NCBI GenBank assembly: GCA_002269645.1
Contig: NIVC01000133.1
Coordinates: 1 to 64,000, forward strand
Origin: Macrostomum lignano
Lineage: Eukaryota
Length of the DNA: 64,000 nucleotides
Direction of reading: 5' to 3'
Under the pieces are notes generated by a model that ran no database searches, was not told the DNA's origin, and saw only the letters and a program-made list of their open reading frames with translations. The translations under genes were made by a program, and so were the position numbers. Below, one piece after another: positions 38,501-47,899 of the stretch. Within the stretch, counting starts at the first letter, position 1, and the number at the start of each line of letters is the position of its first letter.

Positions 38501-41500
38501 GCCTCGTTTTCCGCGTTTCCAGCTGTGTCCAAGTCGGAGACATTATACGATCCTCTGTGTCGCTTAAAAACACCCATGAACTTTCCGAACACGTTCTTTT
38601 TGTGCTTTGGTGGGTATGATGACTCGAGTGGCATCAAGCTTTGAGAACCAGAGCTCTGACTTTTATCGTCGTGCGTTCCAGTCACACTTACACTGTGGGG
38701 TCTCGTCTGAGGTTTTTCTCTCTTTGCCGAGCTCTCACCAGATGTGTGTCGCAGCCTTACTTTTGATTCGATGGGCGGAAACTCTGCACTTCCCAAAGAC
38801 AAGCGTTTTACTATTTTTGATGACTTTGGCTCAGCCAGATCTATCGACCTACTCTCGTTTCTTTCGTCGACGGGTGCGTCCCTAATATGATGCAGGAGAT
38901 CGTCTGACTGCCAGGATTGATCGCTCTCCTTGGAAATTTGACTATCGCGATCAACCGAGTGCCCGTAGCGGCGAGGCTCGTGGATGATGGGCTCCGGCAA
39001 TTCCATCGAAATCTGTTGGTCCTCGTACTCGATCCGGACCTCATCGATGTCCTGGTCGAGGTGCATCACCAAGCTCTTTATGTCGTCGACTTCTGCTCCA
39101 ATGGACTCATCGCGCTGCTCAGCATCAGTACCCTGCTGCAGCTTTCGAGCAGGCACGCTCTCCTCGGTCTCTTCAGCGAGATCGGCTGACTGGCTTTGGT
39201 GACGAAGCTCTCGGATCGGAGGCTCCGGCAATTCCATCGAAATCTGTTGGTCCTCGTACTCGATCCGGACCTCATCGACGTCCTGGTCGAGGTGCATCAC
39301 TAAGCTCTTCATGTCGTCGACTTCTGCTCCAATGGACTCATCGCGCTGCTCAGCATCAGTAACCTGCTGCAGCTTTCGAGCAAGCACGCTTTCCTCGGTC
39401 TCTTCAGCGAGATCGGCTGACTGGCTTTCGTGACGAAGCTCTCGGATCTGAGGCTCCGGCAATTCCATCGAAACCTGTTGGTCCTCGTACTCGATCCGGA
39501 CCTCATCGACGTCCTGGTCGAGGTGCATCACCAAGCTCTTTATGTCGTCGACTTCTGCTCCAATGGACTCATCGCGCTGCTCAGCATCAGTAACCTGCTG
39601 CAGCTTTCGAGCAAGCACGCTTTCCTCGGTCTCTTCAGCGAGATCGGCTGACTGGCTTTCGTGACGAAGCTCTCGGATCGGAGGCTCCGGCAATTCCATC
39701 GAAATCTGTTGGTCCTCGTACTCGATCCGGACCTCATCGACGTCCTGGTCGAGGTGCTTCACCAAGCTCTTTATGTCGTCGACTTCTGCTCCAATGGACT
39801 CATCGCGCTGCTCAGCATCAGTACCCTGCTGCAGCTTTCGAGCAAGCACGCTTTCCTCGGTCTCTTCAGCGAGATCGGCTGACTGGCTTTCGTGACGAAG
39901 CTCTCGGATCGGAGGCTCCGGCAATTCCATCGAAACCTGTTGGTCCTCGTACTCGATCCGGACCTCATCGACGTCCTGGTCGAGGTGCATCACCAAGCTC
40001 TTTATGTCGTCGACTTCTGCTCCAATGGACTCATCGCGCTGCTCAGCATCAGTAACCTGCTGCAGCTTTCGAGCAAGCACGCTTTCCTCGTTCTCTTCAG
40101 CGAGATCGGCTGACTGGCTTTCGTGACGAAGCTCTCGGATTGAGGGCTCCAAAATTTCGATTGACAGTTGCTGATCCTGTGTCGAAGCTTCTTTTGTTGC
40201 TGCACTGCTACTTCCGACTTGCTCCTGGTTGTCCTGTTCGCTACTTTTGGTTTGACTAACTGTATCTGGGTCTCTTGACATTGACGGCACTTGTGTTTCG
40301 TTAGTCTCGCTGTCATTTCTCTGTGCTAGTTGACTTGATTGCTTCCTACGGAAGCTCGCCTCGTTTTCCGCGTTTCCAGCTGTGTCCAAGTCGGAGACAT
40401 TATACGATCCTCTGTGTCGCTTAAAAACACCCATGAACTTTCCGAACACGTTCTTTTTGTGCTTTGGTGGGTATGATGACTCGAGTGGCATCGAGCTTTG
40501 AGAACCAGAGCTCTGACTTTTATCGTCGTGCGTTCCAGTCACACTTACACTGTGGGGTCTCGTCTGAGGTTTTTCTCTCTTTGCCGAGCTCTCACCAGAT
40601 GTGTGTCGCAGCCTTACTTTTGATTCGATGGGCGGAAACTCTGCACTTCCCAAAGACAAGCGTTTTACTATTTTTGATGACTTTGGCTCAGCCAGATCTA
40701 TCGACCTACTCTCGTTTCTTTCGTCGACGGGTGCGTCCCTAATATGATGCAGGAGATCGTCTGACTGCCAGGATCGATCGCTCTCCTTGGAAATTTGACT
40801 ATCGCGATCAAACGAGTGCCCGTAGCGGCGAGGCTCGTGGATGATGGGCTCCGCAATTCCATCGAAATCTGTTGGTCCTCGTATTCGATCCGGACCTCAT
40901 CGATGTCCTGGTCGAGGTGCTTCACCAAGCTCTTTATGTCGTCGACTTCTGCTCCAATGGACTCATCGCGCTGCTCAGCATCAGTACCCTGCTGCAGCTT
41001 TCGAGCAGGCACGCTTTCCTCGGTCTCTTCAGCGAGATCGGCTGACTGGCTTTGGTGACGAATCTCTCGGATCGGAGGCTCCGGCAATTCCATCGAAATC
41101 TGTTGGTCCTCGTACTCGATCCGGACCTCATCGACGTCCTGGTCGAGGTGCATCACTAAGCTCTTCATGTCGTCGACTTCTGCTCCAATGGACTCATCGC
41201 GCTGCTCAGCATCAGTACCCTGCTGCAGCTTTCGAGCAAGCACGCTTTCCTCGGTCTCTTCAGCGAGATCGGCTGACTGGCTTTCGTGACGTAGCTCTCG
41301 GATCGAAGGCTCCGAAATTTCGATTGACAGTTGCTGATCCTGTGTCGAAGCTTCTTTTGTTGCTGCACTGCTACTTCCGACTTGCTCCTGGTTGTCCTGT
41401 TCGCTACTTTTGGTTTGACTAACTGTATCTGGGTCTCTTGACATTGACGGCACTTGTGTTTCGTTAGTCTCGCTGTCATTTCTCTGTGCTAGTTGACTTG

Positions 41501-44500
41501 ATTGCTTCCTACGGAAGCTCGCCTCGTTTTCCGCGTTTCCAGCTGTGTCCAAGTCGGAGACATTATACGATCCTCTGTGTCGCTTAAAAACACCCAGGAA
41601 CTTTCCGAACACGTTCTTTTTGTGCTTTGGTGGGTATGATGACTCGAGTGGCATCGAGCTTTGAGAACCAGAGCTCTGACTTTTATCGTCGTGCGTTCCA
41701 GTCACACTTACACTGTGGGGTCTCGTCTGAGGTTTTTCTCTCTTTGCCGAGCTCTCACCAGATGTGTGTCGCAGCCTTACTTTTGATTCGATGGGCGGAA
41801 ACTCTGCACTTCCCAAAGACAAGCGTTTTACTATTTTTGATGACTTTGGCTCAGCCAGATCTATCGACCTACTCTCGTTTCTTTCGTCGACGGGTGCGTC
41901 CCTAATATGATGCAGGAGATCGTCTGACTGCCAGGATCGATCGCTCTCCTTGGAAATTTGACTATCGCGATCAAACGAGTGCCCGTAGCGACGAGGCTCG
42001 TGGATGATAGGCTCCGGCAATTCCATCGAAACCTGTTGGTCCTCGTACTCGATCCGGACCTCATCGACGTCCTGGTCGAGGTGCTTTACCAAGTTCTTTA
42101 TGTCGTCGACTTCTGCTCCAATGGACTCATCGCGCTGCGCAGCATCAGTACCCTGCTGCAGCTTTCGAGCAGGCACGCTTTCCTCGGTCTCTTCAGCGAG
42201 ATCGGCTGACTGGCTTTCGTGACGAAGCTCTCGGATCGGAGGCTCCGGCAATTCCATCGAAACCTGTTGGTCCTCGTACTCGATCCGGACCTCATCGACG
42301 TCCTGGTCGAGGTGCATCACCAAGCTCTTTATGTCGTCGACTTCTGCTCCAATGGACTCATCGCGCTGCTCAGCATCAGTGCCTTGCTGCTGTTCTCGAA
42401 TAGACGTGGTGTCTTCGGTGGGATTCAATAGCGTTGTCGATGGCAATCCACTGGATTTTTCGTCTTTGTTTTGGGGTTGTTTTTGCTGTAATTGATGAAG
42501 TTTTGAGAATTTCATCATAGATTTGATCGATGATAGGGTTCTGCTGTGGCTGAGATGGCTTTTATGTTTTCGCCTAAGTTTTGGGGATTTACTGCGTTGC
42601 TGCTCATATTTAAATAATCGTATTTCTTCTTTGCTTGGACGCTCGTCAACTGTCACTGCGAGACATTCATAGGTGCCGATTTGGATACTCATAGTTTCGT
42701 TTTTTCTTTGAAAATTCTTGATGAGGGATGTTTCTACACCAGTTTCAATCTTGTTGTCGTCGTCATATGCTTTGGATACGATTTCTCTGCCAGTTCGCAA
42801 CATGACTGTCTCAATTCCTTCCTTTGCTGGATCGTCTAATTCCAACCAGGCAGACTCAATGACGTCTTTACCTACGTTGTTTGCTGACGTTTTCCTGACG
42901 TTCTCCTGAGCTTTCGCGTTGGCTTCATTAACGTTAACTGTTTGATGCGTGTCTCGTTTGTACAAAGCTGTTGAAAATTTCGGCTCAATGAAAGTTTTCG
43001 AATCTACCGGCTCAAATTCTACCACGCTGCTGAAGTTTGAGCTTGGTTTGATGTAGGCCGTGTCTGCGTTCCTAAGTTGACATCGTCGTAGCCTTGCATT
43101 CTCGGCATCAAGATCCGATTTCGGCATCGTTTGAACACTGCCATGCGAGATTTCGTGGTTCAGTCTATCGTCATTTTTGAGTTCGCATTCGCTTTCTTCG
43201 CTGAAAATGGGGATCGGCTTCCAGATTGAGTTCTCAACTCTAGGCAGTGAGAGGCGGAGTCGCTTGACGTGACTCGGCGTGCCGGGCTGCCTTGCCGAAT
43301 GTACTGTAATTTGGCGCATAGAATTGTCTATAAGTTAAGCGTGAAGATGATTAAAATTGATAACAGCCTGGCAGAAGCTCACCGAGCTGGACATTTAAAT
43401 ACGGGTTCTCCGGTTCTGTGGCAACTTTTGGCTCTTCGGAGTCGCAAATCTCCAGCTCGGTGAAGTCGGCCTCTCCGCCCAGTATAACGGTGCAGATTGC
43501 CGAGTAGTTCCCGTTGTGGCTGAGCTCCGCCAGGTGCTTTTCTTGTAGGCTTATCTAAAAAATTAATCACATTTCTATGGTGCGCTCTCAGACTACTTGC
43601 TGATTCAAATGATCGTCTCTTTGATTAGAATATTTTGAAGCCAGATTTATCGTATCAATATTGCAATTGCAACGTATTGTAAGACTTTATTCGGCGAAGT
43701 ACATCAGGTACTTGTATCTGCTCCGGTTTATTCAGAGAATCTACAGAGGTCCATTCAGTAGTTTCTAGTGGTCCTTGATGTGATTGTTCACCCATTGTCC
43801 ACAACAGTTAGTCTGCATTCACAATCAAACGGTTCCTGTCCAGTTTAGGACTTTTCCCCGAACGGGACCGGGTGAAGCGTTCGAAACTGTTAGGTTTACA
43901 TCTGGGAATGCCACAATCTTTTTTTTCGAACGTGCCAACCTGCTGAAGCAGAACCAGACCGAAATCGCTTGATTGTGAAAGCAGCATTACTCTTGATGAA
44001 ATTTCAATCTCCCCTCAGGTTTGAGTACTCAACACATAGCCAGAAAATTATTTCATGACTGTTCCGTCAATGGTTCAATTAATTCTACGACTATTTATAC
44101 CTGTCCCCAATCGCTGGTAGTGACAATTTCCTGTGGTGAAATCGCAAAAAATCAACCAAACAGCTAAACATTGGTTGTTTGAGGCTCAAACCAATTGGGT
44201 AAGACTTGCGGTAAAAATAAGTTTGTGTTCTTGATTTAGTGTGATTCGGACGCTACTCAGTAGTTACAGTATTACGCTCGTATTACAGGTTAAGATAGAC
44301 ATCAAACGCATTTTTCTGTCTTTTCTGGCGTAAATAGATGTCAAAATAATTTTGAAAAACATATCATATAGATAGCTATGAAATCATTTTGGCTAACTCA
44401 CATCGTAGCCGAGCGGTTGCACGGCAACTTTGATGACAAATGAGTACGGCGTTACAATCACTTCGCTGAGTCTTCCGCGCCTGTCTGTCTGCTTGCCTTT

Positions 44501-44787
44501 GCTTCGATAACTGATCTCAAACTGGCCGTTGCTGCTCAAGCTAATGTTTATAGATTCTAACTGCCAGTTTTCGGCTGAGAGGGTGACATTGAGGCTGAAA
44601 AGAAAACAGTGGGCATTGACTGCTACGGTCTAGCGGTTTCTATGGAGTGTGTAAGAAAAAGTGGCTTGAAAAGTAAAACAACAAACAAGTATAACAAATC
44701 TACTTACTACTGTCCGTGCAGAATGCCTTTGGCTACGACACCTTCGCCAACAAACAGCTCGCTGGACATCTTGTGCTCTATGTGGCT
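8306..44787 (-). CDS. Giant (~9,950 aa or more) repeat protein with tandem galectin-fold domains at both ends; 5' and 3' ends unresolved
   Basis: Phase-consistent GT-AG exon chain, 5' to 3': 44787-44708, 44594-44402, 43554-43383, 43327-16351, 15647-15003, 14575-14484, 14387-14174, 13951-13529, 12868-12752, 12423-11837, 11396-11186, 8422-8306. Every junction keeps frame once 10 single-base deletions in the giant exon are restored. Confidence 0.8.
8497..8645. repeat. 20-bp minisatellite (TGAGGCTTGGAATGTTAGA(T/A)), ~7.5 copies, intronic
   Basis: Direct tandem units visible; abuts the larger 20-bp array. Confidence 0.95.
8656..11167. repeat. 20-bp minisatellite (ATCAACTATCGGACAGGGAA and variants), ~125 copies, filling intron 8423-11185
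   Basis: Continuous tandem array with variants GGAAAT/GATAAG/GGTAAG and CTAT/CGAT. Rare variants recur 380 bp apart. Confidence 0.97.
11481..11560 (-). mobile_element. tRNA-derived SINE-like head (Pol III A and B boxes), intronic
   Basis: Minus strand reads TAGATCAGCGG (A box) ... GGGTTCGATTCC (B box) at tRNA-like spacing. No convincing complete cloverleaf. Confidence 0.55.
12441..12655. repeat. 64-bp tandem repeat, ~3.4 copies, immediately upstream of the acceptor of exon 12423-11837
   Basis: CGATTCATCG recurs at 12481, 12545 and 12609. Confidence 0.9.
14750..14988. repeat. 50-bp tandem repeat, ~5 copies, intronic
   Basis: T(C/T)TAGGT(C/T)AC recurs at 14751, 14801, 14851, 14901 and 14951. 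Confidence 0.92.
15003..15647 (-). CDS. Ser/Asp-rich low-complexity linker exon between the giant exon and the C-terminal galectin-fold domains
   Basis: 645 nt, phase 0-0, acceptor TTCATAG and donor GTAAGA. Joins YFFDGGS|IAANQT upstream and STLKP|IIPFRARLP downstream. Confidence 0.75.
16221..16290 (-). mobile_element. tRNA-derived SINE-like head / pseudo-tRNA, intronic
   Basis: Minus strand GGCGTAGCCCAGCGGTCTAGCGC (A box) ... CCAGCGACCCAGGCTCGATTCC (B-box-like). Confidence 0.5.
16351..43327 (-). CDS. Single giant exon (~26,987 nt corrected, ~8,995 codons): unique flanks plus a ~25 kb coding tandem array
   Basis: The ORFs of 873, 1687, 256, 104, 720, 295, 1061, 729, 513 and 2811 aa tile the interval in register and are separated only by 1-bp deletions. 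Acceptor CTTATAG at 43328; donor GTAAGC at 16350. No substitution-derived stop codon seen in the coding frame. Confidence 0.82.
17410..42385 (-). repeat. Coding tandem array: ~65 full plus 1 partial 231-bp (77-aa) units interleaved with 14 copies of a 702-bp (234-aa) cassette
   Basis: Cassette-to-cassette spacings are 702+231n minus deletions: 2319, 2319, 1395, 2086, 1857, 1856, 933, 1163, 2318, 1853, 2319, 1857, 1163. Confidence 0.95.
43383..44787 (-). CDS. N-terminal galectin-fold domain (three exons: 44787-44708, 44594-44402, 43554-43383)
   Basis: Spliced product SHIEHKMSSELFVGEGVVAKGILHGQY|LNVTLS..SINISLSSNGQFEISYRSKGKQTDRRG..PYSFVIKVAVQPLGYD|ISLQEKHLAELSHNGNYSAICTVILGGEADFTELEI is ~128 aa with galectin-like strand order. 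Donors are GTAAGT, GTGAGT and GTGAGC. Confidence 0.68.
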
Positions 44788-44861
44788 CTGAAAGTGAGGG
44801 TGCACTCGTATCTATGCTTTTCCGTCTGCACTACTCTCATTGTGCAATTTTCCTGACTTAC

Positions 44862-45032
44862 ACTATCGGACCATTGACTCTCCGGTGTCACTCGATGCTC
44901 CGTGTTTAATTCCGAGGCCCTGTCGGGCTCGCGAAATTTCATCATGCTTTTATTGTTGACTCTCCCCGCTGTCTGCACAGCGAGGATCAATGCGTCTCTG
45001 TTTGCTTTCCAGGTGAGGAATTGACTCTGGTG
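44862..45032 (-). CDS. Probable further 5' exon of the giant gene
   Basis: Phase-0 donor GTAAGT at 44861 matches the phase-0 acceptor of exon 44787. The frame is open to TAG at 45033 (HQSQFLTWKANRDALILAVQTAG..QWSDS). The true acceptor and upstream exons are uncertain. Confidence 0.45.
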
Positions 45033-45922
45033 CTAGTCAGAGACAGCAACAAATGCTTATTTTTCACTCTGCTCAGGTATTTGTGTAGGCTATCGTTTAT
45101 AGCTGCAGCAACATTGAGTGTCTGACAGCTAGATAATGAATATCTGCTGTGTCAAGCTGAAAAACGCCTCTAGCAATTACCGTTATCTCTTAATTTCACG
45201 AATGCTTTTTCGACATTGCAGCTTGCTAGAATACAGGCCGCGCGCGAGTGCTGATAAGATTAAGAAAACAGAAAGCGCGCTTTTTATAGGCACTGCTGAA
45301 ACTCGACATAAATCAAACGAGCACGCGCTCCCGCTGGCCATCGTAGCCGAAGCTGTGGCTACATTTACATGTATCTGATCTGTTGTTGTCAAAAGTGTGT
45401 AAATTCAATGCCTGTGAGGCTATGACCTTATTTCTGTATCAATTTTTAGCTGTCAAGTCATGCATGATCAACTATAATTACTCAGCATGAGCTCAAAATG
45501 TACCGCCCTACGGCAAGTTTTGCCGTTAAGTTAACCTATAAGCACAATTTAAAGCTGCATGAAAAAAGTTACTCTCTGCAGTAGACGTGCAATTTTTCAC
45601 AGTTGGTACAGCTAGCTATTATTACATATTAAGGAGGGGGTGTGCAAGGATTACATCATTAATACGTGAGTATGAATGAAATAATAGGAAGGGGGTAAGT
45701 AAGGCCAATATGCATGGCATACATACAATTTTTGTTCTAGAAGTCAACTTCGCTTAAAACAATGAAAGCCTTTGGTTTTTGTCTGATATTAGTATTCTAA
45801 GATCGAATACATGTACCACTTTTAGTTTAAGCAACAAAAAACGAATACATGTACGACTTTTAGCAACTTTGCTCTACATTTATATATACTACCTACAGCC
45901 TAAAAACGGCTCTACATTTATA

Positions 45923-46216
45923 TACTGTCTAATATTTGCAAAGCGATCGATCGAATAAACTTCAAACGCCTTCAGAATTCTCAGCAGCTACTTACTGCCT
46001 ACTGTGGACGCATAGTAATATAATGTAAGCAAACTTTATTTCAAAGGCTTCTGGACTAAAAGCATAAAATACTGTCTAATATTTGCAAAGCGATCGATCG
46101 AATAAACTTCAAACGCCTTCAGAATTCTCAGCAGCTACTTACTGCCTACTGTGGACGCATAGTAATATAATGTAAGCAAACTTTATTTCAAAGGCTTCTG
46201 GACTAAAAGCATAAAA
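45923..46216. repeat. Exact 147-bp tandem duplication (2 copies)
   Basis: TACTGTCTAATATTTGCAAAGCGATCG... starts at 45923 and again at 46070. Confidence 0.93.
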
Positions 46217-47899
46217 AAGCGCCACTTTTAGGGCAACTAAATAAAATCGTTTGAAGCATATGTAGGATAGTTATCTACAGTGATCCTTGAGAAAAATTAC
46301 TTTGAAGTCTGGTTGTAACATTTTCGTACTGACTAGAGGTTCTGCAAAATCCAAAAATAATTCGTCTTTAATTTTAATTTATGCCGGAAACACTGTCGGA
46401 AAATCATAAAATAATAAAATAACTAACCTCCGGAATTAATGGTACTATAATCATAACAAAGCTGGTTGTACTCAAGTCGTTCTTAGATCTGAAACTTAGT
46501 TGCTGTTAGTTGATTGCTGTTTTATCGTCTCTTTTTATTAAATCTTTGTTCATATTAAAGTGCAAACGTGTAAAGATTCTCGTAAATTGAGTCATTTTAA
46601 CTTCCAAACCTTTTTGATCCATAACAAAAATGGATGAAGGAAAGTTAAGTTCTTTTTTCTTGACTTAATAAATTCCCTTAGGCCCTAAGAATTGGCTTTC
46701 ATTTCCATTAAGAATTGACCTTAAATGCCATTAATAATTGGCCTTAGGCATTTGCTCCATTATTACTAAAGATTCTATTCAATTCAAGTACTAATACACC
46801 TAATGTAGTATTGGGTATTATGTATTAGGGGGCCCGACCCCTGTCCTTCAAACTTTGTTTTTTAATAAAAGCAAATCAATGAATTTTAACTAATATTTTA
46901 TGACTAGGCCTTACTAATTCCCTTTTCCTAAATCAAGTTTTTAATGAGATTTAGATTTAGGTACTATTTAATACTAAAAATAATGTCTCTAAAATGTCTA
47001 AATTTATTTAGATATGTCGTTGATTTAAAAAATGGCTCAACTAATTTTCATTCAACTTGAATTTCTATAAAAAAATTCTATTCATAACAACTAGTAGAAT
47101 AAACGAATTCTGGCTATGTTACCCTTACCCCAAACCACTTTAGTTATATACTATTATTTGTCGCTAGACCATTGGCATCTCATCTATAGTCTTTGTCTAT
47201 TATTTTATGTGAGGGTTTCACAACAGATATTCAGACAGACATTCAAAATAATCGTCTGTAACTTTTAACAAAATTGACCTGCTTCAACCATCTTTTTGGC
47301 AAATATTTATGCAAGTGTTGGGTGCTAAATAAACTTTAATTTATTAACTGAAGTATAAATCTTTCTGACATACATTGATTAAAAATTGCTTAGCAACACT
47401 CTGATTAGCCATCGCTTTACCATTGACTGAAATTGTTTTGATTGTAGCAGCCTAAAAGCAGATACTGGATTAAAAAATGCTTTAATTTACTCTTTACACA
47501 TGTCTCAGCTTTAAAATGACACCTTAGACAGCTTCAATGCTGAGATATTCGAGACTAAACATTGCTTTGCTTGAACTCACATTCAGAAACTTCACTGATT
47601 GTTAATCAATATTTGTTCAGATGCTTGCTTATTTCTCCATTTATTAACCATCGCATGGAGCCTTGCTAATATACAAGTGTATTGTAGAATGCTTAAGACA
47701 ATTATTTTTTCAATTTTTGTAAATTGTGCAGTATTACAATCCAAACATTTTTCGGTATTATTATTGTGATTAGTACTAATATTATTATGAGTATTAAGCA
47801 ATTTTGCAATTAAGCAAATTATGTACATTGTTAGGGCATTAGGAAAAAGATTATTACAAGCACTATGGCTTCTATGATCTGCATTTCCAAGTTTACTTG

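Noticed and set aside
24813-40853. Programmed ribosomal frameshifting or a true pseudogene as the explanation for the ORF breaks
   Set aside because: No slippery sites, the breaks are scattered 1-bp losses relative to intact sister units, and no nonsense substitutions accompany them.
17291-42431. Hundreds of short ORFs on both strands, including 433 aa at 24599-25900 (+)
   Set aside because: These are shadow frames of the coding repeat; they recur with the 231/702-bp period and are broken by stops in many units.
16351-43327. Identity with the known giant flatworm adhesive proteins (Mlig-ap1/ap2 type)
   Set aside because: Those have Cys-rich vWF, TIL, C-lectin or TSP domains and Lys/Arg- or Thr-rich repeats. 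This protein has acidic Cys-free repeats and galectin-like ends.
44101-44130. 30-nt splice-bounded segment encoding EIVTTSDWGQ, resembling the galectin WG motif
   Set aside because: The direct 44402/43554 junction already completes the fold in frame (QPLGYD|ISLQEKH), and no good downstream acceptor continues the WGQ frame.
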